Positions 18,055 to 28,010 of a stretch of DNA of 32,100 nucleotides are shown piece after piece (the stretch's first letter is position 1; the number at the start of each line of letters is the position of its first letter). Source of the DNA: Candidatus Heimdallarchaeota archaeon (GTDB taxonomy: Archaea; Asgardarchaeota; Heimdallarchaeia; Heimdallarchaeales; Kariarchaeaceae). The notes beneath the pieces are model-generated. The model did no database searches. It was not told where the DNA came from and worked only from the letters and a program-made list of their open reading frames with translations. Position numbers and translations under genes: made by a program. The stretch is from the NCBI GenBank assembly GCA_027016475.1, contig JALUTL010000183.1, forward strand, positions 1-32,100. The letters run 5' to 3'.

Positions 18055-18363
18055 ATGATGAGAAAAATGCTACGTATCTTGGTACGGGTTTCAGGAGGGA
18101 AGCGAGAATCAGGGAAATCAATTTCACGAGCCATAATAGACCTCTGTAAACAGGAGGGGATTTTGGGGGCGATTGTAATTCAATGCCTTTATGGCTATGG
18201 TGACAAGGAATTTGAACCTCATATTCTTCGTGGAGTAGGAGAACTTCCTCATTTAGTCGAAATTGTAGATGAACCTGTGATCATCCAACAACTTCTTCCC
18301 AAAATAAAGGATCTAGTCAGGGACAACGGGCTCATTTCTGTCGAGGAGATTTATGTTTATTAA
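18055..18363 (+). CDS. DUF190 (UPF0166, PII-like) protein, commonly CrcB-associated
   Basis: About 100-aa protein starting MMRKMLRILVRVSGGKRESGKSISRAIIDLCKQEGILGAIV, 11 nt after the crcB stop. The track ORF start at 17998 overlaps crcB and is unlikely. Confidence 0.65.
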   Translation: MMRKMLRILVRVSGGKRESGKSISRAIIDLCKQEGILGAIVIQCLYGYGDKEFEPHILRGVGELPHLVEIVDEPVIIQQLLPKIKDLVRDNGLISVEEIYVY

Positions 18364-19775
18364 TCTGCTTCATCAACAACAGATTTGACTAGCCTTTCCA
18401 AATCCTCCAGCAGTCGATTTTTCACCTCTTCAGAAATTCCTTCCACCCTGTATGAAATTTTTTCCTCTGTGTTGCTCCCTCTTACGAGAAGCCACCCATC
18501 TGGAAATTCACATCTAACTCCGTCAATTTCAAGCAAGGTTGCACCCTTCATTTTCCCCCACTTTCTCAATCTTTCTATGACCTTCATCTGTTGAGATTTT
18601 GGCATGGGTTTTCTGATTTCCGGAGAGCTGAAATACTTGGGTAGTGTATCAAGGACATCCTCAAGTTTCTTCCCTGCCTTTTCCAACCGTCCGACAAGAT
18701 CCAACATGCGAACCGCACTATAAAGGCCATCATCAAACCCATAATATCGATCGTTGAAATAATAATGGCATGAAAGCTCTCCACCAATATCTGCCTTCTC
18801 TTTCAATATAAGATCCTGTATGTATGAATGACCGACCTTACACAACAAAACAATTCCATCTTTAGATTCAATGAATTCCTTGGTTGCTTTACTCATTTTT
18901 ACATCAAGCACAACCCTTGCCCCTCTTTTTGCAGTCTCTACGAAATCATGAACATACAGCATCATTGCTTGATCGGGGGACAGAATCCCATAGTTTGGCA
19001 GGAAAAATCCTACACGATCACCATCTCCATCAAACGCGATTCCAAAATCGAAAGGTTGGGTTTTTTGGATTTCTTCAAGGAACCTAAATGTTTCTGGCTT
19101 AGTGGGGTCTGGATTCAAATGGGGGAAATCTGCTCTTGGTTTTTGATGTATATGGATGGAATTATCCGGAAACAATTCCGAAAATCTGCCCGTAGCTCCA
19201 TTGCCATACTCTACAGCCACCTTGAGTTGTGGTATGTTTTGAAGTGAAAACTTCAGGTATTCATAGTATTTGTCCTGATAGGAGAAATCTTCAGCTGCTT
19301 TCCCATGGTAATTTGCTTCAAGATCCTGTTCTTTCCTCTGTTCGTGCTTTCTCTTTTCGAACTCATTGAATGGGAGATCAACAATTTTCTGCAATTGTGA
19401 AAAAAAGTTTTCATAATCCATTGACACCCCGTCTTCATTGCAGATTTTGAAACCGTTGTAGATTGGTGGATTATGCGAGGCAGTAATCATAACTCCATAT
19501 TGAAACTCTTCGTTGTCCGCCAAAGTGAAATAAAGCATAGGGGTAGGTCCCATGCCGATATCAACCACGTCAACTCCCATGGTGGTCAATCCTTTGGAAA
19601 GACCTCTTTTTAATTCAGGAGTGCTGTCTCTTGCATCTCCTGCAATTGCAACCTTGCCGTTGTATCTCATGATATCCGCGAGAACCCACCCTAACCTTTC
19701 GGCAAAAGATTCATTGATCTGAACTGGATATTTGCCACGGATATCGTTGCTTAAAAAAATCGAGCTGTCTTCCAC
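18360..19775 (-). CDS. phosphohexomutase (phosphomannomutase / phosphoglucosamine mutase family)
   Basis: Phosphoserine loop TASHNPPIYNGFK, Mg loop FDGDGDR and sugar loop GGELSCH. GTG start. Confidence 0.85.
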   Translation of the reverse strand: MEDSSIFLSNDIRGKYPVQINESFAERLGWVLADIMRYNGKVAIAGDARDSTPELKRGLSKGLTTMGVDVVDIGMGPTPMLYFTLADNEEFQYGVMITASHNPPIYNGFKICNEDGVSMDYENFFSQLQKIVDLPFNEFEKRKHEQRKEQDLEANYHGKAAEDFSYQDKYYEYLKFSLQNIPQLKVAVEYGNGATGRFSELFPDNSIHIHQKPRADFPHLNPDPTKPETFRFLEEIQKTQPFDFGIAFDGDGDRVGFFLPNYGILSPDQAMMLYVHDFVETAKRGARVVLDVKMSKATKEFIESKDGIVLLCKVGHSYIQDLILKEKADIGGELSCHYYFNDRYYGFDDGLYSAVRMLDLVGRLEKAGKKLEDVLDTLPKYFSSPEIRKPMPKSQQMKVIERLRKWGKMKGATLLEIDGVRCEFPDGWLLVRGSNTEEKISYRVEGISEEVKNRLLEDLERLVKSVVDEAD

Positions 19776-19834
19776 ATACTTATACTATGTGGCCAGTTAT
19801 AAAAAAAATTATGTAGAAATCTGCAAAATGATCA

Positions 19835-22069
19835 TTAAATTGCTCGTAATACCTTGATCAGTCCTGAATTGACTTTTCTGGCGAATTTCTCAACAAGGCT
19901 TGGATTGGCGATTGTGTAAGTATTGTATGTGCTTGGACATAAGCCAAATTTTTGAGTCACTTCAGAGCAGACACCGCATCCGACACATGTTGGCATCATA
20001 TGGCGGATAGTTCCTTTTCTCAATGGATTTTGAGAGGGAATCTTTCCTTCACTTGGACAACCTACATACTCCGAGCAGGGCCAACATCCATTGCAAAGTC
20101 TTTCGTCAACTTGCACACCAGGGGTTTCAACTCTTTTTCCTTCTTTTAGCCGTTTCGCATTGACTTTTCTGAGTGTCCTTTGCTTTTCGAGCATGCATTC
20201 CCCGTCAGACACAATAATTTTCAGTCCTGGCTCATTCAATGCCTGTTTAATGGTTTTTTTCATCAGTCCGATATCATATGAAGGAATGGTTTTCACCCAC
20301 TTTGCCCCATGTGCCTTGAAAACATGACTCAGATCAACTCTTGGCACAGCTTCACCCCTCATATTGATCCCTTTGCTCTTTTTGGATCCACCTAGAACTT
20401 CAGCCATGTCATAAATAGTCATGGGGTTCTCTTGGTCGCCTGTCATGGCAGTATGGTAATTTAGAAGAATAAACAACAGGACATTGGCTTCGTCTTTTCT
20501 AAGGTTGTTGTCTTTGTAGAACTTGTTGATGTTATTGTGGATGGCATTGTCAATATTCCTGAAGCCGCCATGGAAAAGCGTCCCATCCCCAAACACAACA
20601 ACAATTGGCCTATCATACATATTTGCCATTCCCATTCCAACATCCAATGCTGATCCCATTCCAGTACAGGAATCGCTCATATTGAAAGGAGGCAATTTTG
20701 CCATAGTATAGCACCCAATGTCAATCAGCCTGATGAAACGCATATCAAGCTCTTCTTCAACCCGCTTTAAGGTCGAAAATACAGGTCGTTCCGGACACCC
20801 TGTACAGAAAGAAGGTGATCGCGGCAACCATTTGGTCAAAATCTCTGTAGCGATCTCTTCATCAACCTGCTTTTTCACATTCAGAAATTTTTCAATAACT
20901 TCCTTTTGACCGTTCAAGGGTACATGATCCAAGAAAAATTGAGCAACAGGAAGAATGAGGGTGTCATAGGTGAGTGCATCAGTTTTCGGGATATAACCCT
21001 GAACAAATTCATTGCCCTGTTTGCCATAGATTTTGACAGGTAAATCCAAATCATACGCCAGATTCTTTATTTCCTCTTCCAAAAAGTTCGGCTCACCCTG
21101 TTCAATGATTAGAACTTTTTCCTTGCCTTCCAAAAATTCCTTGATTTCGCCAGGATCCAACGGATGGATCACATTCAAAGTTAGAAGATCAAACGATACT
21201 TCACCCAAAAGGTTGGCAAATCCGAGCTCATTCAGTGTGGTGATCAGCGAATTATAAACCCCTCCATGAGTTATGATACCAATTTTCCGAGAACTCTTGC
21301 CTTTGTCCCATCGATTCATTTTATTCTTCCGAATGAATTCAATTGCATTTGGTCTCCTCATGTTGTATTTCTCTTTTGCATGAATCAAAGTATCAGGAGG
21401 AATAGGTACTCTTGACAGATCTGGTACAAATTCTTTTTTCTTCTTCAGGAAAGATATTTCCGGAACTTTGTTGTCTCCTACAACTGCCGTGCCTATCATG
21501 TTGCTACTGTGTGATCTGAACAGCATCATTACCGGCTGGTTGCAGGCTTCAGATAACTCAAAGGCCTGTTTGGTTATCTTGAGGATATGTGCAGGTGAAG
21601 CAATCGGGTCTATGATTGGGAGGAAAAAGCCCTTGGCGTACACATGACTCTTCATTTGTACTGTGGTTGAGATACATTCCTCGTCTTCACCTATCAGAAT
21701 CACCGCACCGCCTTTGACCCCGCTTGAGGCAATATGTGCAAGCACATCGGATGCAACATTGGTTCCAACAACTTTCCAATTCACAAAACCTCGTATCGGT
21801 TCATTGATAGACAAATATAGTTTGGCTGCGGCGGCAGCTTCGTTGATAGACGGTTCGAAGTAGATGCCATACGGTTCGAGGACATCTTTTTCAGAATCAC
21901 CCAATAAATCCATGACATTTGAGGTTGGTGCACCAGGATATCCCGCAGCATAGCTGATGCCTGATTCAAGGCACCCTTTTAGGAAGAACATCCCCATGTC
22001 TCCTGTCATACTTTCACCTTGACCAAGGAGCAACTGTTGGATGTCCTCATTATTATAGCTTCTTCCCAT
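19835..22069 (-). CDS. iorA: indolepyruvate:ferredoxin oxidoreductase alpha subunit (2-oxoacid:Fd oxidoreductase, TPP-binding) with a C-terminal Cys-cluster domain
   Basis: N-terminal GYPGAP, TPP motif FGDGTLFHGG, two C-terminal Cys clusters (CNGCWPCSEYVGCP and CVGCGVCSEV...CP), and a GGTGA RBS upstream. Confidence 0.78.
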   Translation of the reverse strand: MGRSYNNEDIQQLLLGQGESMTGDMGMFFLKGCLESGISYAAGYPGAPTSNVMDLLGDSEKDVLEPYGIYFEPSINEAAAAAKLYLSINEPIRGFVNWKVVGTNVASDVLAHIASSGVKGGAVILIGEDEECISTTVQMKSHVYAKGFFLPIIDPIASPAHILKITKQAFELSEACNQPVMMLFRSHSSNMIGTAVVGDNKVPEISFLKKKKEFVPDLSRVPIPPDTLIHAKEKYNMRRPNAIEFIRKNKMNRWDKGKSSRKIGIITHGGVYNSLITTLNELGFANLLGEVSFDLLTLNVIHPLDPGEIKEFLEGKEKVLIIEQGEPNFLEEEIKNLAYDLDLPVKIYGKQGNEFVQGYIPKTDALTYDTLILPVAQFFLDHVPLNGQKEVIEKFLNVKKQVDEEIATEILTKWLPRSPSFCTGCPERPVFSTLKRVEEELDMRFIRLIDIGCYTMAKLPPFNMSDSCTGMGSALDVGMGMANMYDRPIVVVFGDGTLFHGGFRNIDNAIHNNINKFYKDNNLRKDEANVLLFILLNYHTAMTGDQENPMTIYDMAEVLGGSKKSKGINMRGEAVPRVDLSHVFKAHGAKWVKTIPSYDIGLMKKTIKQALNEPGLKIIVSDGECMLEKQRTLRKVNAKRLKEGKRVETPGVQVDERLCNGCWPCSEYVGCPSEGKIPSQNPLRKGTIRHMMPTCVGCGVCSEVTQKFGLCPSTYNTYTIANPSLVEKFARKVNSGLIKVLRAI

Positions 22070-22182
22070 TGAATCACCTAGTTCAATTCAAATTTGACTG
22101 AAACGCTTTAAAATTTATGGACAACGGAAGAACATATCTCCAAAAAACTTTACTTCTCTATACTCTTAGGATCAATGAAAAT

Positions 22183-23142
22183 TCAAAATCTTGCTTTGTC
22201 AAGAATGGTTTTTGCCAACTGATACGTGAGCAAACTGGGGATTGCCTCACCCACAATATCATACATTTGTTCCAAGGAACCACTGAGTTTGTGAGCATCG
22301 GGAAAAGTCATCAATCTTGCATGTTCTCTTGGTGAAAGAAGACGGTCTTCAATTGGATGGAGAAATCGGGACTTGCCCATGACAACATCTGCCGGTTTGT
22401 CCATATTGAGCCGAAGGTAGTTGACATACTGGTTTTTTGCACCCTTGAAATAAACCAACCCTTGTCCTTCTGGCAGAGAAATTACTTTTGAGGCGTATTT
22501 TGGTGGAACTGGGACAAATACATGATCTTCGAAATCATTAGGATACTGTGGAGGAATGAGGTCACCAATTGCGTCCCTCACTGTCCTCGAAGGCAACTTA
22601 GGAGAGTCAAATTTGACATTGCTGATAAAGACTCGTTTCCTTTTTGAAGGAATACCCCATTCTGCAGCCTCCAAGACATTGAAATGTGGTCTAGAAAACC
22701 CTACCCTTTCAAATTCATCTGCTATGAGCTCATCATTGTTCCCGTCCAAAACGCCGATTACATTCTCAATGATGTAAAATTTCGGTTCCAAATCACCAAT
22801 TAATCGAATTGCATCCAACATTAGCCGACCAATCGGATCATCGAACATTCTATAATATGGGTCTTTAATTCTCCTTTCGTTTGCCTTTGTGTATGGTTCA
22901 CACGGAGGTGATGCAGTGACCAAGAACGGGAAATCATCCAAGTTTTCAAGAATTTTGTATGCATGAAGTGTGCTAATGTCCCCTAGATGTGCAACATTTC
23001 CAAAATTCAAATTGTAAGTGTTGACACAATGCTCTGCCACATCCATAGCGAAAACGGATTTAAATCCAGCCATATGATAGCCTGCAGATGCTCCTCCTCC
23101 GCCACAAAACAAATCAACCAAAGTCAAATAAGAATTTCCCAT
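22183..23142 (-). CDS. dcm: DNA (cytosine-5)-methyltransferase, orphan
   Basis: Motif I DLFCGGGG, motif IV SPPCEPYT (22888-22911; Glu replaces the usual Gln of PCQ), motif VI ENV, motif VIII PSKRKRVF, motif IX REHARLMTFPD and motif X GEAIP. Confidence 0.85.
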   Translation of the reverse strand: MGNSYLTLVDLFCGGGGASAGYHMAGFKSVFAMDVAEHCVNTYNLNFGNVAHLGDISTLHAYKILENLDDFPFLVTASPPCEPYTKANERRIKDPYYRMFDDPIGRLMLDAIRLIGDLEPKFYIIENVIGVLDGNNDELIADEFERVGFSRPHFNVLEAAEWGIPSKRKRVFISNVKFDSPKLPSRTVRDAIGDLIPPQYPNDFEDHVFVPVPPKYASKVISLPEGQGLVYFKGAKNQYVNYLRLNMDKPADVVMGKSRFLHPIEDRLLSPREHARLMTFPDAHKLSGSLEQMYDIVGEAIPSLLTYQLAKTILDKARF

Positions 23143-23156
23143 TGAAAGTCACTAAA

Positions 23157-23318
23157 CTATGTCTTGTATTTCTTGGGCCGCAAATTAGGTGATCTGCATC
23201 TTTTCTTTCTGCATCTTCTTGCACCGACTGGATTTGAGGCATAGCATTTCCTGCAAACCCATTTGTTTACCAACACGCTTCTTGCAATTTCTCTGTGTTC
23301 TGGATTAGCTACTGGCAT
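23157..23318 (-). CDS. rpl40e: 50S ribosomal protein L40e
   Basis: Hand-translated 53-aa ORF not in the track: MPVANPEHREIARSVLVNKWVCRKCYASNPVGARRCRKKRCRSPNLRPKKYKT. It has the L40e zinc ribbon CRKC...CRKKRC and the NLRPKK tail, with GGAGA upstream of the ATG. Confidence 0.85.
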   Translation of the reverse strand: MPVANPEHREIARSVLVNKWVCRKCYASNPVGARRCRKKRCRSPNLRPKKYKT

Positions 23319-23397
23319 TCTTTTTCTCCATCTCCCAATAAAACAAACTCCTTAAAAAGCACTACTAAAGGTTCACTTGGCATCCATTGGATTTTCA

Positions 23398-25194
23398 TTA
23401 TGGGTTTGGCATGGTGAGCTGTTCCAATTGCCGCAAATAAAGTTCACGATAGACCTGTCCATTTTCCAAAAGTTCTTCATGTGTACCATCCTCAACAATC
23501 CTGCCATTTTGGAAAACAAGGATTCGATCGGCATTTCTGATGGTTGACAATCGATGAGCTATTATTATTGCAGTACGGTTTGATATGACATGCTCTAATG
23601 CCCGTTGCACTTTCACCTCGGAAATGGAGTCCAATGAGCTGGTTGCCTCATCCAATATCAAAATTTCAGGATCGTGGATCAATAGCCTCGCGAAAGCGAT
23701 CAGTTGCCTTTGCCCCATTGATAGTGAAGCGCCACCTTCAGAGATTTCCGTCATGTAACCATTTGGAAGTTTGTTTATCAGACGATCTAGCCCTAGCATC
23801 TTGACAACCTTTTCAATTTTCTCTAGCGGAACACTTTCAGTACCATAGGTCAAATTATGCAGGATTGTTCCTTTGAATAGAAAGGGAGTTTGCGGTACCA
23901 GCCCTACATGCTCCCTTAGGCTCTTGAATGACACGGTTTTAATATCTTGTCCATCAATTGTGATTTTGCCCGAAGTGGGATCATAGAATCGTGCGAGAAG
24001 TTTGACAAATGTTGATTTTCCGGCACCGGTTGCACCAACCACTGCGGTGGTGCTTTTTCCTTTTATTGTAACTGAAAGGCCTTCAAACAACGGAACACCA
24101 TTGTCATATGCAAAGCGTACTGATTCATATGCAATTGTTCCTTCTTCAACTGTTAATGGAACGGCGTTCTTTGCTTCTGTTACCTTAATTGGTGTCTTGA
24201 GAAAGACATAAATCCGTTCTAAAGATGCAAGCGCAGACTGGTATGTACTATAAAATGCTGTAAGAATGATTACAGGAAAGAAAAACCTACTGAGATAGGC
24301 ATTGAAGGTAGTTATTGTTCCAACCGAATATTTCTCAACTTGCCAACCTGTATAACTCATCAAAATAACGGTGCTTAGTGCGCTGATTGTCACAAAAAGC
24401 GGTTGTATCAAAGCAAAAAGGCTTGTAGCCTTCATGTTGATCTCAAAGTTCTTTCGATTGATTTTGTCGAATTCCTGCTGATTTACCTTTTCCCTTGCAA
24501 AAGCTTTAGACACTTTTGCACCTGAAAGGTTTTCCGCCATTGTTGTCGTAACCTCGGCAACAGATGACCTGCTTTTCTGTGAAATCCTGCGGATCGGCCC
24601 CCTGATGAACAAGGCCAACAAAACCATAAGAGGAATTATTGACAGGCTAATTAGCCCCAACTCAACATCAAGGTAAACCATTATCGCAATAATCCCAACC
24701 AATTGAAGTATGGCAGATATTATGTCTACAAATGAACTGCCGAGAAAATTCGAAAGCGTTTCGACATCATTGGTGATACGGGAATTGATTTGGCCGGATT
24801 TGTTCTTGTCAAAGAATGCCTGTGACTGATGGGTCATTTTCCTGAACATGTCATGGCGCATGTTGTATGTAGAATTCTCCCCTATATATGATACCAAATA
24901 GGAGTTTAGAAAGGAAATCAGCCACGAAATTAGATAAAGGCCAATCATTAACCCTCCATGAAGGATAAGATTGCCGATGTTCCCTTGGGGCAAATCCTCG
25001 TCAAAAATCACTCTGAGATACAACTCAGGAAGAAGGTTGATTATTGTACCTGCAATGACAGTTGCCAAGGCCAGAAAAACAAACGCCTTATACTGTTTTA
25101 CATAGCCCAATCTGAACTTCAACAGTTCCATGTCACTCAAAGCAACTTCTCCAGTTCTCCTGTCATCAGTAAATCTTCCTCTCATCTTTCTCAC
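23398..25194 (-). CDS. ABC exporter half-transporter (TMD-NBD), canonical-NBD partner with degenerate signature motif
   Basis: Walker A GATGAGKST, Walker B ILILDEATSSLD, H-loop IIIAHRLST, and signature LSMGQRQ (degenerate LSGGQ). 6-TM N-terminal domain. GTG at 25194 or ATG at 25185. Confidence 0.85.
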   Translation of the reverse strand: MRKMRGRFTDDRRTGEVALSDMELLKFRLGYVKQYKAFVFLALATVIAGTIINLLPELYLRVIFDEDLPQGNIGNLILHGGLMIGLYLISWLISFLNSYLVSYIGENSTYNMRHDMFRKMTHQSQAFFDKNKSGQINSRITNDVETLSNFLGSSFVDIISAILQLVGIIAIMVYLDVELGLISLSIIPLMVLLALFIRGPIRRISQKSRSSVAEVTTTMAENLSGAKVSKAFAREKVNQQEFDKINRKNFEINMKATSLFALIQPLFVTISALSTVILMSYTGWQVEKYSVGTITTFNAYLSRFFFPVIILTAFYSTYQSALASLERIYVFLKTPIKVTEAKNAVPLTVEEGTIAYESVRFAYDNGVPLFEGLSVTIKGKSTTAVVGATGAGKSTFVKLLARFYDPTSGKITIDGQDIKTVSFKSLREHVGLVPQTPFLFKGTILHNLTYGTESVPLEKIEKVVKMLGLDRLINKLPNGYMTEISEGGASLSMGQRQLIAFARLLIHDPEILILDEATSSLDSISEVKVQRALEHVISNRTAIIIAHRLSTIRNADRILVFQNGRIVEDGTHEELLENGQVYRELYLRQLEQLTMPNP

Positions 25195-26975
25195 TCCTTT
25201 GCTATCGCCTCTTTTTCTAGTTGGAAAGTGGTCTGAGTTTGGACAATTTCCTTGTAAATGCCACGGTTTTCCATCAGTTGCTCGTGTGTCCCTTCTTCAA
25301 TGATCTCTCCTTCATCAAGAACAATGATCTTCTCTGCAAAACGGACTGACGACAGTTTTTGTGTAACTATCAATATTGTTCTTCCTTCTAACAACCCAGA
25401 TATTTCTTTGTGCAATTCATATTCTGTTTTGGCGTCTATGGAACTAGTACTGTCATCAAAAATAAGGATCTTTGGTCTAACCAACAAGCATCTTGCAATT
25501 GCCAATCGTTGCTGTTGACCTCCTGACAATGTAATGCCTCTTTCTCCGATGATAGTGTCATAACCCTGAGGAAGCCTTTCTATGAATTCATCGGCCCGAG
25601 CTAGCCTTGCAGCTTCCTTAATCTCCTCATCTGTAGCATCTGGCTTTCCAAACGCAATATTGTCCCGGACACTTCTTGAGAAGAGAAATGTTTCCTGTGT
25701 CACGATTCCGATTGATTTTCTCAATGTATCCACCGTCACCTGCTTGATGTCTTGCCCATCGATCAAAATCCTTCCTTCTGTTGGATCATAGAACCTCGGA
25801 ATGTGCTGTATCAGCGTCGACTTGCCGCTTCTGGAGGATCCGAGAATTGCAACGGTTTTTCCTACTTCTATTGTGAAATTCAAATTGTCCAAGATCTTAA
25901 TCCTTCCATCAAAACTGAAACTGACATCGTCGAACGTTATTGTTCCTTCTTGAATAATCAAAGGCTTGGCATCAGGTTCATCTTTAATATCTTCCTCAGA
26001 ATGCAGGAGAGAAAAGACACGCCTTCCAGATATTGTAACGGAGTTTATCCCAACGATAAAATTACCAAATAATCGTGTAGGTGTCCTAAGCTGAAGCATG
26101 AACAAATTCAAAAGGATAAGCTCGCCTACCGTAAGACCTGCTACCGTTCCATTAATTATCAGTATTCCCCCTTGTATTACAACCAAAACTGACGCGGCAG
26201 AAACAATGAAAACCGCAAGAGGAATTGAGAGATTTCGGATGATCACCGTTTTTAAATAAAGGTCGAGATAGTTTTGTGCTTTTTGCCGAAATGTTTCTGT
26301 TTCGATATCCTCTGCCCCAAACGCTTTGATCACTTCAATCCCTTCAACTTTTTCTTGAATGTCACTGGACATCTTCCCAAATTCCTCTCTCCTTAGCTTG
26401 ATAATTGGACGCACTGTGCGGCCATAATATGCAGAAATGATGAACAGAATCGGAAGAAGGGTGAAATAGACCAAAAGAAATTGCTTTTCGATGAAATAGA
26501 TGGTCAACCCAATACTGATATAGTAATAGAGGGCATTCAAGCCCACTCTGAAATTTCTTGAAAGGTAGCTTCTGATTACATCAAGATCAGAGGTGGTTTT
26601 TGCCAACACCTGCCCAGGAGTTTCTGTTGAAAGATAGTTCAAGGACTGTGATTGAATTTTTTTGAACATCTGATCTCTGAGCCGATAAATCGTCCGATAT
26701 CCACCTTTGTCGTTGAAATATCTATTGCAGTAATTCATGAAGCTGAGAAGAAGTGTCGCCAACAAAAACAAGATTGGATAAAGCCAGAATCTGCTTGCAT
26801 CCTTAGGAACTATGACCTCATCCACAAACCGTCCGAATATAATGGATGTCAACAGAGACAGTTGAGTCCCTGCGAACATTGCTCCTATACCCAAAATGTA
26901 GAACGGCGCCTCTTTTCTTGAGGACTTGAACAGTTCCTTTTGAACCTTCAGCACTCCCAAATCAGCTTCAGACAT
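25191..26975 (-). CDS. ABC exporter half-transporter (TMD-NBD), degenerate-NBD partner
   Basis: Walker A GSSRSGKST, signature LSGGQQQR, Walker B ILIFDDSTSSID (catalytic Glu replaced by Asp) and H-loop position LIVTQKLS (His replaced by Gln). The stop overlaps the start of the next ABC gene. Confidence 0.85.
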   Translation of the reverse strand: MSEADLGVLKVQKELFKSSRKEAPFYILGIGAMFAGTQLSLLTSIIFGRFVDEVIVPKDASRFWLYPILFLLATLLLSFMNYCNRYFNDKGGYRTIYRLRDQMFKKIQSQSLNYLSTETPGQVLAKTTSDLDVIRSYLSRNFRVGLNALYYYISIGLTIYFIEKQFLLVYFTLLPILFIISAYYGRTVRPIIKLRREEFGKMSSDIQEKVEGIEVIKAFGAEDIETETFRQKAQNYLDLYLKTVIIRNLSIPLAVFIVSAASVLVVIQGGILIINGTVAGLTVGELILLNLFMLQLRTPTRLFGNFIVGINSVTISGRRVFSLLHSEEDIKDEPDAKPLIIQEGTITFDDVSFSFDGRIKILDNLNFTIEVGKTVAILGSSRSGKSTLIQHIPRFYDPTEGRILIDGQDIKQVTVDTLRKSIGIVTQETFLFSRSVRDNIAFGKPDATDEEIKEAARLARADEFIERLPQGYDTIIGERGITLSGGQQQRLAIARCLLVRPKILIFDDSTSSIDAKTEYELHKEISGLLEGRTILIVTQKLSSVRFAEKIIVLDEGEIIEEGTHEQLMENRGIYKEIVQTQTTFQLEKEAIAKE

Positions 26976-27088
26976 GACTTATGATTGACGTGCTCATTAA
27001 AAATATAGGGAATTAACCTAATGGTCAATGGTAATACTATTGCTTTTGATTGAATTGCCAACATTCCAATTGCAAAAATTACCTAAGC

Positions 27089-27949
27089 TTAGCTTAATAC
27101 CAGCACAATGGAACCTGTAACCATCATAACCATTCCTGGCAATTTTTCTTGAATCCTTTCTTGCAGAAACTTCCGTGCCATGAATGCAGTTACAAATGTG
27201 GACAATAGGCTTAAAGGTTCTGCCACAGTCACCTGAAGCTCAGAAATTGCAATCAATAGGAAAAAAAAGCTCCATCCGTTCATGATTCCAGCACCTATCA
27301 GAGATTTGGGATCTGTTTCAAAAATTTCCCTTACTGTCTTGAATTGGTTCCGAACAATTGTTGCAATCAATAAATACAGTCCTACAAAAAAATTGATGAA
27401 AACTGAATAAAGCATTTCATTAATTTCACCTATTGCAAATGTATCCAAACCCCGTCCAATTGCAATGAAAAGAGAGCCGATTATCATGTATATTGATGCC
27501 TTGGACTCCTTGATTGCTATCAGTTTGTCTTTGACCTTACCCTCATATAGAAAAAACAGGCCGACAAACATAATGGTAGCGCCAAAGCTTCTCAGAACAG
27601 TGACATCTTCTTGAAGGAAAAGAACACCTATGATCATCAACCAAAGAATTGAAGAATTATAAAGTGGCGCGACCAGAGATGCTTCACCCACTGAAAGGGC
27701 CTTGACATATGCGAAGAAGCCAAATGAATAGAAAAGTGAGCTAATTAGAGGAAACAGCATGAAAAGCAAAGGGAACCTGTAATCTGATGGATTAAGAAAA
27801 AGGAAGACAGGAGACAAAAAAAAAGTGGCTATCAAGAAGAACAGGGAGGCAACAGTTGTCGAATCATATTGTTCCAGCTTCTTGAGAAAAATTCTTTCCG
27901 CCCCCAACATCACAATTCTCAAAATCAGTGAAAGATATCCAATCAGCAC
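27089..27949 (-). CDS. EamA/DMT-superfamily transporter
   Basis: 286 aa with about 10 TM helices arranged as two similar halves. Confidence 0.7.
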   Translation of the reverse strand: MLIGYLSLILRIVMLGAERIFLKKLEQYDSTTVASLFFLIATFFLSPVFLFLNPSDYRFPLLFMLFPLISSLFYSFGFFAYVKALSVGEASLVAPLYNSSILWLMIIGVLFLQEDVTVLRSFGATIMFVGLFFLYEGKVKDKLIAIKESKASIYMIIGSLFIAIGRGLDTFAIGEINEMLYSVFINFFVGLYLLIATIVRNQFKTVREIFETDPKSLIGAGIMNGWSFFFLLIAISELQVTVAEPLSLLSTFVTAFMARKFLQERIQEKLPGMVMMVTGSIVLVLS

Positions 27950-28010
27950 AATTGCCTCAAATTTCTATAGCTAATATGTATTTGCCTCAAGAGAATTTTC
28001 CACATCAATG

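Noticed and set aside
22070-22182. The 113-nt spacer between dcm and iorA was checked for a small RNA or a restriction-enzyme remnant.
   Set aside because: Only an AT-rich promoter-like sequence (ATAAATTTTA on the minus strand) and a GGTGA RBS are present, with no ORF or structured element.
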